A stretch of 64,000 nucleotides of DNA from Alphaproteobacteria bacterium (GCA_050175015.1 JBFXJJ010000013.1:1-64000); one strand, 5' to 3'. Positions 39,338 to 50,851 are shown, counted from the first letter of the stretch. Translations and numbers: made by a program. Notes: generated from the letters alone by a model not told the origin.

Positions 39338-40429
39338 ATGAATAGTATAAAAAATTTTCTGTCATCAAGATTAGGAATTATTCTTGCGGGCAGTATTATC
39401 GGGATAATTGCGGTTCTATTGCAATATTATGGCAATCCTGCAAATATGGGTATTTGTATGGCTTGTTTCGTAAGAGATATTACTGGAGCAACGGGCTTTC
39501 ATAGAGCCGCGGTTGTTCAATATTTAAGACCAGAAATCCCAGCTTTGATTTTAGGTGCTTTTTTATCTTCCGTTGTTTTTGGAGAATTTAAATCAAGATC
39601 GGGTTCATCTCCAATTCTTCGTTTTGTATTAGGCGCCTGTGCTATGATTGGAGCTTTAGTCTTTTTGGGTTGTCCTTGGAGAGCTTTTTTAAGACTAGCT
39701 GGCGGCGATTTAAATGCATTATATGGAATAGCAGGTCTTGTAGTTGGTGTTTTTGTTGGAACTCTTTTCATTAGAAATGGTTACAGCTTAGGGGCTACAC
39801 AGAAAGCATCAAAAGCATCAGGTTTAGTTATGCCTTTAATAGCATTATTTTTATTAGCACTTAGATTTATCTATCCTCCGATTGAAGGAGCTGATAAATC
39901 AGGACTTCTTTTCTATTCATTAAAGGGGCCAGGTGCTAGTTTTGCACCATTAGCATATTCCGTTTGTGCTGGAATTTTAATTGGTTTTATCTGCCAAAGA
40001 AGTCGTTTTTGCACTATGGGTGCCGTTCGTGACTTGTTAATGTTTAGGCAGGTTCACCTTTTAAGTGCTTTATTAAGTTTTTTAGTTGTTGCATTCGTTG
40101 CTAATAACCTTTTAGGTCTTTTTCATATGGGATTTGATGGACAACCTGTTGCCCATACCGCTTCATTATGGAACTTCCTTGGAATGGTAGGTTCAGGTTT
40201 AGCTTTTGCTTTAGCTGGCGGCTGCCCTGGAAGACAATTAGTTTTATCTGCAGAAGGAGATAGTGATGCAGGAGTATTCGTTTTAGGAATGTTTGCTGGA
40301 GCGGCTATTTCTCACAATATGATGTTTGCAAGCTCTCCTGCCGGTGTTGGCGCTTATGGTGTTGCCGCAACGGTTTGTGTGATTGCAATCGGGCTTGTGA
40401 TTGGTTTAACTAATATAAGAAAGATATAG
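39338..40429 (+). CDS. yedE: YedE/YeeE-family selenium/sulfur transporter
   Basis: GNPANMGICMACFVRD, VQYLRPE, GCPWR, QRSRFC, GGCPGRQ. Confidence 0.88.
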   Translation: MNSIKNFLSSRLGIILAGSIIGIIAVLLQYYGNPANMGICMACFVRDITGATGFHRAAVVQYLRPEIPALILGAFLSSVVFGEFKSRSGSSPILRFVLGACAMIGALVFLGCPWRAFLRLAGGDLNALYGIAGLVVGVFVGTLFIRNGYSLGATQKASKASGLVMPLIALFLLALRFIYPPIEGADKSGLLFYSLKGPGASFAPLAYSVCAGILIGFICQRSRFCTMGAVRDLLMFRQVHLLSALLSFLVVAFVANNLLGLFHMGFDGQPVAHTASLWNFLGMVGSGLAFALAGGCPGRQLVLSAEGDSDAGVFVLGMFAGAAISHNMMFASSPAGVGAYGVAATVCVIAIGLVIGLTNIRKI

Positions 40430-40437
40430 GTAATAAA

Positions 40438-40659
40438 ATGACAGATGAAATTAATGCAAGAGGTCTTTCTTGTCCTCAACCTGTTTTACTTGCCACAAAA
40501 AAAATTAAAGAGGGCAAAGTAAGTGAATTTTCAATTGTTGTTGATTGCGGCGTTAGCGATGAAAATGTTGAACGTGCAGCAAAGCATAATGGTTGGAATG
40601 TAAAAGACAAAGAACTTAAAGATGATGGTGCTGTTAAGATTACATTAGCTAAGTCATAG
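40438..40659 (+). CDS. TusA/SirA-family sulfur or selenium carrier (YedF-like)
   Basis: INARGLSCPQPV motif; follows yedE. Confidence 0.88.
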   Translation: MTDEINARGLSCPQPVLLATKKIKEGKVSEFSIVVDCGVSDENVERAAKHNGWNVKDKELKDDGAVKITLAKS

Positions 40660-40705
40660 AAATTAAAAAGTATAGCAATGAATATTTTATTTGCTATATA
40701 GTCAT

Positions 40706-40740
40706 AAAAAAGCCGTATAGAAAACTATACGGCTTTTTTT
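40706..40740. terminator. Bidirectional intrinsic terminator
   Basis: AAAAAAGCCGTATAG-AAAA-CTATACGGCTTTTTT. Confidence 0.82.
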
Positions 40741-40752
40741 ATTTTATGTGTT

Positions 40753-41574
40753 CTAGCTTTTAACTGTTTCGGAAGTTTGTTCCAATTCAGAGACTTGTTG
40801 TTCTAAAGCTTCAAACTTTTTCTTCTTTTTCATAAATACAATGACACTTACAGGTATGCTGCAAGAGTAAGCTAAAGCTAATAAGCTAATCGTAACCCAA
40901 GGCTGGCTTATAATGAAACCTGCAACGATAGTTGTAATAAGAAATAGAGGTATTACTAGAAATACTGGTATTTTAAGCTTCTTAACTGAGAAGGTTGGAA
41001 TTTGGCTTACCATAAGTCCACTACATACTATTAAAACAATTCCAACAACAACGGGAGCTCTTAAAAACTCGAAACCTAAGTGGAAATAAAGCATAATTGG
41101 AGTTAAAGATAGAATCGCACCCGCAGGAGCAGGGACACCTACGAAGAATGACCCCCAATAAGGAGGAGGATTTTCATCTTCCAGCATAGTGTTGAATCTT
41201 GCGAGTCTTAAGGCGCAAGACATTGAGTAAAGAATACTGATGACCCAACCAGGATAAACACCGCCCCAAGGTGTCCAAAAATATAGTATAATAGCAGGGG
41301 CAACACCAAAGCTGAGGAAGTCACATAGTGAATCAAGCTCGGCTCCAAATTTTGAGGTTCCACGAAGCATTCTGGCTACTCTGCCGTCAAGACCATCAAG
41401 CACAGCAGCAATAAAAATAGCAATTACCGCAGCTTCCCAGCGACCTTGTGCCGCAAATCTTATAGATGTAATACCAGAAGCTAACGCAAATAAGGTTACC
41501 ATATTAGGTATAATATGTTTAAAAGGCAGCTGTTTTAGACGAACAGGAACCTCTCGTGCAGATTTTCTAAGCAT
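40753..41574 (-). CDS. pssA: CDP-diacylglycerol-serine O-phosphatidyltransferase
   Basis: DGLDGRVAR..FGAELDSLCDFLSFGVAP, LRLARFN; coupled to psd. Confidence 0.93.
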   Translation of the reverse strand: MLRKSAREVPVRLKQLPFKHIIPNMVTLFALASGITSIRFAAQGRWEAAVIAIFIAAVLDGLDGRVARMLRGTSKFGAELDSLCDFLSFGVAPAIILYFWTPWGGVYPGWVISILYSMSCALRLARFNTMLEDENPPPYWGSFFVGVPAPAGAILSLTPIMLYFHLGFEFLRAPVVVGIVLIVCSGLMVSQIPTFSVKKLKIPVFLVIPLFLITTIVAGFIISQPWVTISLLALAYSCSIPVSVIVFMKKKKKFEALEQQVSELEQTSETVKS

Positions 41575-42284
41575 TAAAGCACTTCTCCTTTAATTTCTGC
41601 CTGCTTGCCTTCCAAATTAGCTAAAATAGTTTCTCCAGCAATGGCAGTTTGACCAATGCAGACTTTTGGTTCAATTCCTTTAGGAAGATAGACATCTAGT
41701 CTGCTTCCAAAGCGAATTAGGCCAAATCTTTCACCAGCTTTCATTTCTTGCTCTTCCATAACTTCGCAAAGAATTCTTCTGGCAACAAGTCCTGCAATTT
41801 GAACAAAGGCAATTTTTTTACTGCCTTTTTTGGTTTCTAACAAAAGCAATTGTCTTTCGTTATCTTCGCTGGCTTTATCTAATGTTGCATTGAAGAATTT
41901 GCCAGGAACATAAACGGTTTTCATAATGGTTCCTGTTGCAGGAACACGGTTGACGTGAACGTTAAAGACACTCATAAAAATGCTGACTCTTTTAACAGGT
42001 TCATCACCCATTTCTAATTCTTTGGGGGGAGCTGTTTCTGTTATCATTTGGACGATGCCATCAGCTGGACTTATAACAAGGTCTTCACCCTCAGGAGTTA
42101 CTCTTTCAGGATCTCTAAAAAAGTAGAAACACCATATAGTGACAACTAATCCCACTAAAGCTAACGGCTTAAATAAAATGCCTAAAAGGGCAGATACGGC
42201 TGCAAAAGATGCAATGAAGCGCCAGCCTTCAGAATGAATAGGGGGTAAAATATACTTACGCCAAGATATATCGTAAACAGACAC
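41574..42284 (-). CDS. psd: Phosphatidylserine decarboxylase proenzyme
   Basis: FFRDPER, SPADG, FNVHVNR, RFGSRLD autocleavage site. Confidence 0.95.
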   Translation of the reverse strand: MSVYDISWRKYILPPIHSEGWRFIASFAAVSALLGILFKPLALVGLVVTIWCFYFFRDPERVTPEGEDLVISPADGIVQMITETAPPKELEMGDEPVKRVSIFMSVFNVHVNRVPATGTIMKTVYVPGKFFNATLDKASEDNERQLLLLETKKGSKKIAFVQIAGLVARRILCEVMEEQEMKAGERFGLIRFGSRLDVYLPKGIEPKVCIGQTAIAGETILANLEGKQAEIKGEVL

Positions 42285-42397
42285 GTTGAACCTCCATAAG
42301 AAATATGTTGTAATTTTTTTTGTTATTGTTTTCCTAAAAAATATACTCGTAAAAGTATTTTTGCAATCAAATTACTATTGGCTGTTAATAGTATTGC

Positions 42398-43774
42398 TTA
42401 AATCCCCAGCATAAGCTTAGCTATATTAAAATATATTATTAAACCAGAAATATCCACAATCGTTGTAATTGCAGGGCTTGCGACGACAGCAGGATCTTGT
42501 TTTAATTTAGATGCGATTAAAGGAAGCACGCAGCCTATTACTGTGGAGCTTATGACCTGAAGAACAACAGCGATGGCAATTACGGCGCCAATCATCAGCA
42601 GGCTGGTATTTCCTGTATCGGTGCCTTGCGATAAGAAAATAACCTTAGCAAAAGCAACCGCACCTAAAGTGAAACCAAGCAATATTGATATTTTGAGTTC
42701 TTTGAAAATAATTTTAGGAAGATCTTTAAAAGATATTTCGCCCATTGCAAGAGCTCTAATTACAAGAGTGGCCGACTGACTTCCTGTGTTTCCTCCAGTA
42801 TCGGCAATCATAGGCATATAAAGGGCTAAAATCATCATAGAAAATAAAGTCCCTTCAAAAAGATGAATGATAGCCCCCGAAACAAATCCTAGGAAAGCTA
42901 AGATAAAAACCCAAGTTCCTCTATTTCTGAAATGAGTAAAAACAGGAGTGTTTAGGTAGCCAAACTCTTCGTTATGGTTAACAATAGCCATAAATTTTTC
43001 TAAATCTTCGGTGTGTTCTTCATGAATAATATCGATAGCATCATCGTAAGTAACAATTCCAACCAAGGCTTCATTAGCATCAACAACAGGCAGCGCCAAA
43101 AGTCCATATTTAGCAATTTTTTTAGAGGCTTCTTCTTGGTCGTCTGTAACATAAACAGTAATAACCTCCGTTTGCATAATATCTTTAACATATTGGTTAG
43201 GTTTGGCGACAATTAAGTCTTTTAAAGACACAAATCCTTCAATTTTGCGTTGTTTATCAACAACATAGGAAACATAAATGGTTTCTTTATCGGGAGCTTC
43301 TCTTTGCAGTTTAGCAATAGCTTCGCTGGCCGTAAGATATTGAGATAAGGTTACATATTCGGAAGTCATAACTGAACCGCAGGTTTCTTCAGTGTATGAA
43401 GAAAGCCTTCTAATATCCTCTCTTTCAGCATGGGCAAGAGCAGGCATTAAGGCTTCACGATATTCATCGGGAATTTTTTTGATAAGGTCAACTCTATCAT
43501 CTGAAGACATTTCAGCAATAAGGCCAGCTAAAAATTTACGGTCAAAGGTTTCTGCTAGTTTTATCTGGTAAGAAACATCAAAGTTACAAAAGACGCTTGC
43601 GCTTTCTTCTGTTCCCAAAAGTTTTAAAAGTCCAATTGATTGGCTTTCATCTAAATCCAGCATAGCGTCAGCAATAACAGCAGGGTGATATTCTGCACAA
43701 TACTCTCTTAGTCCTTTGCCATCTTTAGCATTTAAAAAAGATATTAAAATTTCTGATGGAATATTTTCTTGCAT
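42398..43774 (-). CDS. mgtE: Magnesium transporter MgtE
   Basis: N domain, CBS pair, GGNTGSQ, DPAVVASPAITTIVD. Confidence 0.94.
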   Translation of the reverse strand: MQENIPSEILISFLNAKDGKGLREYCAEYHPAVIADAMLDLDESQSIGLLKLLGTEESASVFCNFDVSYQIKLAETFDRKFLAGLIAEMSSDDRVDLIKKIPDEYREALMPALAHAEREDIRRLSSYTEETCGSVMTSEYVTLSQYLTASEAIAKLQREAPDKETIYVSYVVDKQRKIEGFVSLKDLIVAKPNQYVKDIMQTEVITVYVTDDQEEASKKIAKYGLLALPVVDANEALVGIVTYDDAIDIIHEEHTEDLEKFMAIVNHNEEFGYLNTPVFTHFRNRGTWVFILAFLGFVSGAIIHLFEGTLFSMMILALYMPMIADTGGNTGSQSATLVIRALAMGEISFKDLPKIIFKELKISILLGFTLGAVAFAKVIFLSQGTDTGNTSLLMIGAVIAIAVVLQVISSTVIGCVLPLIASKLKQDPAVVASPAITTIVDISGLIIYFNIAKLMLGI

Positions 43775-43883
43775 TTTTCCCCTCCCTAAGAAAATGAATA
43801 GCCCTGATTGAGACGTTTTTAATCCGAAATATAGGAAAAAAACAAATGTTTTTTTAGTTTTATGATATTTTGCTAAGAACTAT

Positions 43884-45161
43884 TTAACAGATATAAACAG
43901 CTCTGAAGTCATTAACATTGGTTAAGGTTGGATTTGTTATAATTAAATCATTAGTATTTTTAAAAAAGCTATAAGAATCATTGTTTATAATGCTTGATGA
44001 AAAAAAGCTATAATTATCTAATGCTTTTTTTGATGTTTCTGGTGTCCATAAGGCTCCAGCATTGTTCTCAGAGCCATCAATTCCATCGGTATCACAGGCA
44101 ATAGCATAGAAAGAGTTTACCATTTCGGGATATTTTATAATCTGATTTCCAAGTGAGATTAAAAATTCGGAATTGCGTCCGCCTCTGCCGCTGCCTGTTA
44201 AGGTAACACTGGTTTCACCGCCAGAGATAATTACGCAGGGAGGTTTTATTGGGTTATAATTAAATTTTATAGATAGAGCTATTCCCGCAATTACTTTAGC
44301 AACATCTTTTGACTCTCCCTCAATATAGTCACCCAAATTTATAACCGTAAGGTTCTGTTCTTCCGCAATTTTGGCGGCGCTGGCAAGTGAGGCAAAAGGA
44401 GAAGCTATAATTTGATTCTTAACGGTTTTAAAACAAATGTTATCAGCTTTAGGGGTTTCTAATTTCCCATCTTTTAGCTGTTGGCGAATAGTATTGTTGA
44501 TCTTGATATCAAACTTATCGATAATTTTTAAGGCATCATCGCAGGTTGTAGTATCAGGGACAGTAGGTCCAGAAGCAATTACGGATAAGTCATTGCCAGT
44601 AACATCGGAAATAAATAAATTAAGCATAGGAGCTTTGCAAAAAGCAGCTAGATGACCACCTTTTATCGCGGATAAATGTTTGCGGACACAGTTCATTGAT
44701 GCAATATCGGCACCGCTTTTTAAAAGTTCTTTGGTTATATTTCTTTTTTCATCAAAAGATATGCCATCGCTTGGCAATGCGAGCAGAGCTGAGCCCCCAC
44801 CAGAAAAAAGACCAATTATTAAATCGTTGGGATTAGCATTTTTTACGATTTTTAAAATCTGCCGAGCAGCTTCTTGACCGTTATCATCAGGGACGGGGTG
44901 CGATGCTTCAATTATGTTGATATTTTTACAGTCGGTTTTATGTCCATAGCGTGTAATTACCACCCCAGAAAGAGGAATGTCTTTATAATAATTTTCGACA
45001 GCTTTTGCCATTGCTGCCGAAGCTTTTCCTGCTCCAATGACATAAATATTATCAGCCTTTAGGTTCTGAGGCAGATATTGAGGAATTTTTTTAAAAGGAT
45101 CAGCTTCAGAGACCGCAGCAAAAAACATTTTTGTTAAAAGATTTTCTGGCGTTAGGTTCAT
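43884..45161 (-). CDS. Glycerate 2-kinase (MOFRL/TtuD family)
   Basis: GAGKASAAMA, ASHPVPD, SGGGSAL, SGGET, GRGGRN, TDGIDG, TNVNDFR. Confidence 0.9.
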   Translation of the reverse strand: MNLTPENLLTKMFFAAVSEADPFKKIPQYLPQNLKADNIYVIGAGKASAAMAKAVENYYKDIPLSGVVITRYGHKTDCKNINIIEASHPVPDDNGQEAARQILKIVKNANPNDLIIGLFSGGGSALLALPSDGISFDEKRNITKELLKSGADIASMNCVRKHLSAIKGGHLAAFCKAPMLNLFISDVTGNDLSVIASGPTVPDTTTCDDALKIIDKFDIKINNTIRQQLKDGKLETPKADNICFKTVKNQIIASPFASLASAAKIAEEQNLTVINLGDYIEGESKDVAKVIAGIALSIKFNYNPIKPPCVIISGGETSVTLTGSGRGGRNSEFLISLGNQIIKYPEMVNSFYAIACDTDGIDGSENNAGALWTPETSKKALDNYSFFSSSIINNDSYSFFKNTNDLIITNPTLTNVNDFRAVYIC

Positions 45162-45194
45162 CTTCGGCTAATCCTTTTTAGATTGAATAATATT

Positions 45195-47147
45195 TTAGGT
45201 CGCTCTAATTTTTTGGATAAAACCATTAACTTCCAGTTTTAATTGAGAGGCCTTGCTTTCGAGTTCTTCTGAAGATGATAACACTTGGTTGGCAGCTACG
45301 CCAGCTTGTTGTGCTGCCGCTGTTACGTTTACAATATTATTTGAAACTTCAGTAGTTCCATTAGAGGCTTCTTCAACGTTTCTTGATATTTCTTGGGTTG
45401 CAGCTTCTTGCTCTTCTATTGATGAAGCTATTGTTGTTGATATTTCATCAATTTTATTAATAACATTGCCGATTTTTTCAATAGCGATTACCGCAAGGTT
45501 CGTTTTGCTTTGAACATCGGTAATTTGATTGGCAATATCATCAGTTGCTTTCGCTGTTTGACTGGCAAGCGACTTAACTTCGCCAGCAACAACGGCAAAT
45601 CCTTTGCCGGCATCACCAGCACGAGCGGCTTCAATCGTGGCATTAAGGGCAAGGAGATTGGTTTGACTTGCAATATCAGTAATAAGAGATACAACCTCAT
45701 TAATTTTACTAGCGGCTTGAGCCAAGCTTCCTATGACTTGATTAGTCTCATTAACTTCAGATACAGCTTGCCTTGCGATATGAGATTCTTCTCCTACCTG
45801 CCTTGCAATTTCGGCAATGGAGTAAGAAAGTTCTTCAGTCGCAGAGGCAACGGTTTGAACGTTAATTGATGCTTGTTCTGACGCTGAAGCTACGGTCGTG
45901 GCTTTTTCAGAAGTTTCTTGGGATATATGAGACATGCTTTTGGCTGTTTTATTAAGTTCGCTGGCAGAAGAACTGACGGCATCGACAATAGCCATTGCTT
46001 TAGATTCAAAGTCTTTAATAATTCCCTCAAGTGAAAAAAGACGTTCTTCTTGTTTGCGGCTTTCAACCTGTCTGTTCTGCTCTAATTCTTTAGTCTTAAT
46101 AGCATTTTTCCTAAAGATTTCAATAACACGAGCCATATCTCCAATCTCTCCCGTTTTATCGAGATGCTTAATTTCAGCCTTGAGATTGTCGTTAGAAATT
46201 TGTTCCATTGATTTGTTTAAGCTAAGAAGAGGTCCAGAAATGCTTTTGGTTGCCCAAGTAACAAGAGGTACCAGCAGTAAGAGCAGCAATAATACAGCTC
46301 CAAGAGATTTTAAAAAGGCGGTTTTTCTTTCTGCTTCTAATGCATTTCTAGCATATTTGGTTACGATAACAGCGTGATATTCTCCATTTTCGTCAGCTAG
46401 TGGAGTGTAAACCATATTGAAATTGTTGGTGCCAACTTTTTCTATCATATTAACGGTTTCGCCTCTAGCTAACTTTGCTTTTACTTCATTAGAAAGCTTG
46501 AAGTCAGTAAATCCTTTCATAGATCCAGCCATAAAAGTATCATCAACCATTAGGCTTATATCAGCATTGCTATTTTGGGATATATAGTTTACCAGTTCTT
46601 CAGAGATATATGCCCCAATTTTTAATGTTCCAACTATTTTGTCCTTATAATGCAAAGGGGCAACGGTATCAAAAGCTGTTTTTTTGGAAGTTGGAGAGAC
46701 TGTCAAGGCGCTGGTTGTTTGGTTATTTAGAGCGTTTACTACCATTTTATGCTTTGACTTGTCATCGCCCTTAACTGAGGGATTATGTCCTCTTATAAGA
46801 ATAATTCCTTTGTCATTGGTAATTTCCATAGATCGAACCACAGGATCTAATGAGCTTATTTTTTTATATTCATCTTTGATGAGTTTTTCATAAGTTGAAG
46901 CATCATCTAAAGCAACCGCTTCTGCAATGTCTTCTCTACGAGAAAGCATATCAGTATAAACGGCAATTCGATTTTCGGCCTGTACTAAAAAATTGTCTCC
47001 AGATGCAGCATTTTGAGATGCTATGGTAGTATAATTGTTATCTGTTGCATTAATTAAAACCCATAAATCAGTTACTAATTGTGATATAGAAGACAATATA
47101 AAAGGCATTAAGGCAACGAAATACATTTTGGAACGAATAGTGTTCAT
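45195..47147 (-). CDS. Methyl-accepting chemotaxis protein (Cache-like sensor, HAMP)
   Basis: 2 [37 protein letters not shown]. Confidence 0.93.
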   Translation of the reverse strand: MNTIRSKMYFVALMPFILSSISQLVTDLWVLINATDNNYTTIASQNAASGDNFLVQAENRIAVYTDMLSRREDIAEAVALDDASTYEKLIKDEYKKISSLDPVVRSMEITNDKGIILIRGHNPSVKGDDKSKHKMVVNALNNQTTSALTVSPTSKKTAFDTVAPLHYKDKIVGTLKIGAYISEELVNYISQNSNADISLMVDDTFMAGSMKGFTDFKLSNEVKAKLARGETVNMIEKVGTNNFNMVYTPLADENGEYHAVIVTKYARNALEAERKTAFLKSLGAVLLLLLLLVPLVTWATKSISGPLLSLNKSMEQISNDNLKAEIKHLDKTGEIGDMARVIEIFRKNAIKTKELEQNRQVESRKQEERLFSLEGIIKDFESKAMAIVDAVSSSASELNKTAKSMSHISQETSEKATTVASASEQASINVQTVASATEELSYSIAEIARQVGEESHIARQAVSEVNETNQVIGSLAQAASKINEVVSLITDIASQTNLLALNATIEAARAGDAGKGFAVVAGEVKSLASQTAKATDDIANQITDVQSKTNLAVIAIEKIGNVINKIDEISTTIASSIEEQEAATQEISRNVEEASNGTTEVSNNIVNVTAAAQQAGVAANQVLSSSEELESKASQLKLEVNGFIQKIRAT

Positions 47148-47317
47148 GTCGCAATATTTCCTAAAAAATAATAATTTTATATTAAGTAATTTATAGTGAT
47201 GTTTTCTTATTTAGATATTTATATTAATAAATTTCACAAATTAAAAATATTTTATTGTATTATTTTTGTAACAAACAATTGGAATCATTGTTTTTTGGTT
47301 GTTTGAAAACAAAAAAT

Positions 47318-47369
47318 CTTCCTTAAAGAATAAGGAAGCTTTTTGATTTGTTTAAAATATATTACATTT
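47318..47369. repeat. 52-bp direct repeat, left copy
   Basis: CTTCCTTAAAGAATAAGGAAGCTTTTTGATTTGTTTAAAATATATTACATTT; 51/52 identical to 48275-48326. Confidence 0.92.
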
Positions 47370-47404
47370 ATTTAGGCTGTTTAAAGAAAAATTGAGAATG
47401 GAAT

Positions 47405-48250
47405 ATGAAAGCAATGTTTAAAGAACTAGAAGATATTAATAATAAGCCTAAAGTTTTTGAATTTTATACTACTCAAGATTTATGGAATGATGAATATACC
47501 TCAAAGCAGATGATGAAATTTCATCTTAACCAAGATGTTGATGCGGCTTCTCGCAATCATAGTTTTATTGATAAGTCTGTTGCTTGGATTATAGATGAAT
47601 TTAAAATAAGTAACCAAAGTAGTATTGCCGATTTTGGTTGTGGTCCAGGTTTATATACATCTCGGTTGGCAAAAACGGGGGCAGCGGTTACAGGAATCGA
47701 TTTTTCTAGGAATTCTTTACAATATGCTAGAGATGTTGCCCAAAAGAATAATATTAATATTAATTACGTTAATCAAAATTATTTAGACTTTAAAACCAAA
47801 GATAAATTTGACTTAATAATAATGATTATGTGTGATTTTTGTGTTCTAAGTCCTAACCAAAGAAAACAAATTCTAACAAAATTTTATAATTTGCTAAAGT
47901 CAGGAGGAGCTGTTTTGCTGGATGTTTATTCTCTTTGTGCTTTTGCAAGAAGAGAAGAGCAGAGCATTTATGAGATCAATTTACTAAATGGTTTTTGGTC
48001 CCCTAATAAGTATTATGGCTTTTTGAATGTCTTTAAATATGAACAGGAAAAAGTTATTTTAGATAAATATACTATTGTTGAAGAAGGCAAGATAAAAAAT
48101 ATTTATAACTGGCTTCAATATTTTGATTTTAATGGTTTAAAGCGTGAGTTTGAAAGTTACGGTTTCGAAGTTACGGCTAAATATGGGGACGTTGCAGGTT
48201 CATCATTTGTTGAAAATGCTGAAGAGTTTGCTATTGTTGCCCTTAAATAA
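47405..48250 (+). CDS. Class I SAM-dependent methyltransferase
   Basis: ADFGCGPGLY, TGIDFS, FDLII, LKSGGAVLLDV. Confidence 0.88.
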   Translation: MKAMFKELEDINNKPKVFEFYTTQDLWNDEYTSKQMMKFHLNQDVDAASRNHSFIDKSVAWIIDEFKISNQSSIADFGCGPGLYTSRLAKTGAAVTGIDFSRNSLQYARDVAQKNNININYVNQNYLDFKTKDKFDLIIMIMCDFCVLSPNQRKQILTKFYNLLKSGGAVLLDVYSLCAFARREEQSIYEINLLNGFWSPNKYYGFLNVFKYEQEKVILDKYTIVEEGKIKNIYNWLQYFDFNGLKREFESYGFEVTAKYGDVAGSSFVENAEEFAIVALK

Positions 48251-48263
48251 AAATATTTATCAA

Positions 48264-48326
48264 AAATCAAAAAGCTTCCTTAAAGAATAAGGAAGCTTTT
48301 TGATTTGTTTAGAATATATTACATTT
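48264..48326. terminator. Bidirectional terminator overlapping the right copy of the 52-bp repeat
   Basis: Perfect 19-bp stem AAATCAAAAAGCTTCCTTA-AAGAA-TAAGGAAGCTTTTTGATTT between convergent genes. Confidence 0.82.
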
Positions 48327-48628
48327 TACTCAACGATAAGAACTTCATTAAGTTTAGTCGCTTCGATAATGTTTTTAACCTTATTTTTAGCTCCCTTTAT
48401 AATCAAATTCATATTGTTCTTCTGGGCGGTGTCGTTAAGAATTAAAAACATTCCAAGACCAGCTGAATCTACGAAGTCAACACTAGCAAGATTAACAATA
48501 CATTCTTTTGTTTTGTTATCATTGATAAAAGAAGTTGCTTCAAAAAAGTCATCATGATCACGATAAGTAATTTGTCCTGAGATTACGACTTCTCCACTAT
48601 AACCTGTGCGATTAACTTTATATTCCAT
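48326..48628 (-). CDS. STAS-domain anti-sigma-factor antagonist
   Basis: VNLASVDFVDSAGLGMFL phospho-Ser motif, 100 aa. Confidence 0.88.
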   Translation of the reverse strand: MEYKVNRTGYSGEVVISGQITYRDHDDFFEATSFINDNKTKECIVNLASVDFVDSAGLGMFLILNDTAQKNNMNLIIKGAKNKVKNIIEATKLNEVLIVE

Positions 48629-48650
48629 GATTTGTTTTACCTTTCAAAAA

Positions 48651-50708
48651 TTAAACTTTCATTAGTTCTGCTTTTTCTCGCAGATGAGCGATAAATCTGT
48701 CAACGTCTATTTGAAGTTTATCAGAAGAATCCGCAAGTCCTTGAGCGGCAGATAAAAGCTCTGCGGAAGCATTGCCAGCTCTTTTCGCTGCTTCGTTAAC
48801 GGTTACAACATTTTGTGAAACTTCGTTAGTTCCAGCCGCAGCTTCTTGAGTGTTTCTTGAAATTTCCTGTGTTGCAGCACCTTGTTCTTCAACGGCGGCG
48901 GCAATAGCTGAGGTTATTTCATTAATACTTCCAATGGTTTCGGTGATAGTTTTAATAGATTCGACTGATTGTTCTGTAGATTGCTGTACTTCATTAATTT
49001 GAGTTACAATCTCATCGGTAGCTTTTGCGGTTTGATTGGCAAGAGATTTAACTTCACCAGCAACAACAGCAAAACCTTTACCAGCATCGCCAGCTCTGGC
49101 AGCTTCAATGGTAGCGTTAAGAGCAAGCAAATTGGTTTGATTGGCAATATCGGTAATTATACCTACAACATCACCAATTTTGTTAACGGCAGATGTCAGG
49201 CCGCCAACCATTTCATTTGCTTTTTTGGCTTCATGAACAGCATTTGCTGAAATTTCTGTAGCGTGAGAAACTTGAGCGCTAATTTCAGAAATGGAGGAAG
49301 AAAGCTCTTCAGTAGCAGATGCGACGGTTGAAACATTAGAAGAAGCTTCTTCGGTTGCCGCAGCAACGGTCGCCATTCTTGAAACGAGGTCATTAGAAAT
49401 TTCGCCAAATTCTTCAGCGGTGTTTTTCATTTGAACAGCTGATGCTGATACCGTGTTTACAATACCTTTAATAGATGCTTCAAAGTTATCAGCAATATCA
49501 AGGAATGCAAGTCTTTGTTTTTCGGCATTTTCTTTCTCAATTTCTTTCTGTCTGTTTTCCATTTCTTTGGTTTTTATGGCATTTTCTTTAAATATTTCCA
49601 TGGTCGCAGCCATTTGACCAATTTCGTCATGATGCTCGGTTGCTGGAATTTGAACTTGAAGGTTCCCATCAGCAAGCTCTTCCATAGCATTGGTCATAGC
49701 TTTGATTGGAGGCACAATGCTTAATGATATTGTATATGCCGCAATTATTGCTAAAATGATAGCTATGATAACTTGAATTATAAGCTTTTGAATTTCTGAA
49801 GCTATACTTTGGGCACTTTCCTCAGATAGTTCAAGCGTTCTGTTAATATATTCATTAGCTAAAACATTCGAAATATTAGCAATTTCGAGTCCTGATGCTG
49901 CCATTTTTTGAAGAATCTCAAAAGATTCTTTAGATAAATTATATTGAGTCGTAAAGGCTTCATTATATTTTTCAACATAATCAGCTAGCGTTTTTAAATT
50001 TTTAATAATGGTGCTCTTTACTGTCGTTTGGCTGTTTTGCATTAAGTTAATAACTGTTGCCAAATTGTTTTTATAAACTTCAACATTTTTGAAAACAGCT
50101 TCGGCATCTTTGTCTTCATAGCGACCTTGATAACGCAACATCGCAACTCGTGCCATACTAAAGTGGTTTTGTCCCTCACTAATTATTGCAATAATTTTGC
50201 TGCTTTCATTCTGATTAATTAAATTAACTGTTTCATCTAGGAGATTAGAACTATCTCTTCCTAAAACATCGGTTCCATTTTTAATAGTTTCTTCTCGTTG
50301 ATTGCGAGATTCAATTAAAATTTTAAAGTATTCTTGATAACCAGAAAAATATTCTTGTGCTTTTTCAATTTTTTTCCGTCTCTCTGGACTTCTTATGTTT
50401 TCTAAAGTTTTTGTAAAATCAGCATTAATAGCGACAATTAAATCAGTAACTCTTTTTTTTGCAGTTTCTAAACCTTGATTCCAAATATAAAGAACGTTGA
50501 GCCTCATTTCTGTTATATTACGGTCAATGGTTATAATGTTTTGAGCGTTGTTAGAAACTGTTGCAAATTCTTTAAAGTTCTTATCAATGTTCTTCATTCC
50601 CAGCATAGCTTGGTAAGACATAAAGGCCAAAAGAATCACAACAATCCCAAAGCCACTATAAACTCTGGTTCCGACCTTAAATTTCGATAGTTTTTGAATT
50701 ATACTCAT
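48651..50708 (-). CDS. Methyl-accepting chemotaxis protein (helical sensor, HAMP)
   Basis: 2 TM, large helical periplasmic domain, HAMP, conserved signalling tip. Confidence 0.93.
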   Translation of the reverse strand: MSIIQKLSKFKVGTRVYSGFGIVVILLAFMSYQAMLGMKNIDKNFKEFATVSNNAQNIITIDRNITEMRLNVLYIWNQGLETAKKRVTDLIVAINADFTKTLENIRSPERRKKIEKAQEYFSGYQEYFKILIESRNQREETIKNGTDVLGRDSSNLLDETVNLINQNESSKIIAIISEGQNHFSMARVAMLRYQGRYEDKDAEAVFKNVEVYKNNLATVINLMQNSQTTVKSTIIKNLKTLADYVEKYNEAFTTQYNLSKESFEILQKMAASGLEIANISNVLANEYINRTLELSEESAQSIASEIQKLIIQVIIAIILAIIAAYTISLSIVPPIKAMTNAMEELADGNLQVQIPATEHHDEIGQMAATMEIFKENAIKTKEMENRQKEIEKENAEKQRLAFLDIADNFEASIKGIVNTVSASAVQMKNTAEEFGEISNDLVSRMATVAAATEEASSNVSTVASATEELSSSISEISAQVSHATEISANAVHEAKKANEMVGGLTSAVNKIGDVVGIITDIANQTNLLALNATIEAARAGDAGKGFAVVAGEVKSLANQTAKATDEIVTQINEVQQSTEQSVESIKTITETIGSINEITSAIAAAVEEQGAATQEISRNTQEAAAGTNEVSQNVVTVNEAAKRAGNASAELLSAAQGLADSSDKLQIDVDRFIAHLREKAELMKV

Positions 50709-50851
50709 TTTTAATCCCCCTTTTTTTTACGTAAATAAGATGTTATATGAAAAGTAAGGTTTTCGTAAATATGGCTAGTAGTTTTAAACAAAAGTAAACC
50801 TTAAGTTTTATTGACTTGTTTTAACTATCTGAATGTTAGGGATATTTTTTT

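Noticed and set aside
39338-40659. Selenocysteine recoding or an alternative genetic code
   Set aside because: No in-frame TGA in these genes; TAA, TAG and TGA all end conserved genes at expected positions in the window.
47318-48326. Integron cassette or CRISPR interpretation of the direct repeats
   Set aside because: Only two copies about 0.9 kb apart, no attC-type boxes recognised, and no integrase or cas gene in the window.
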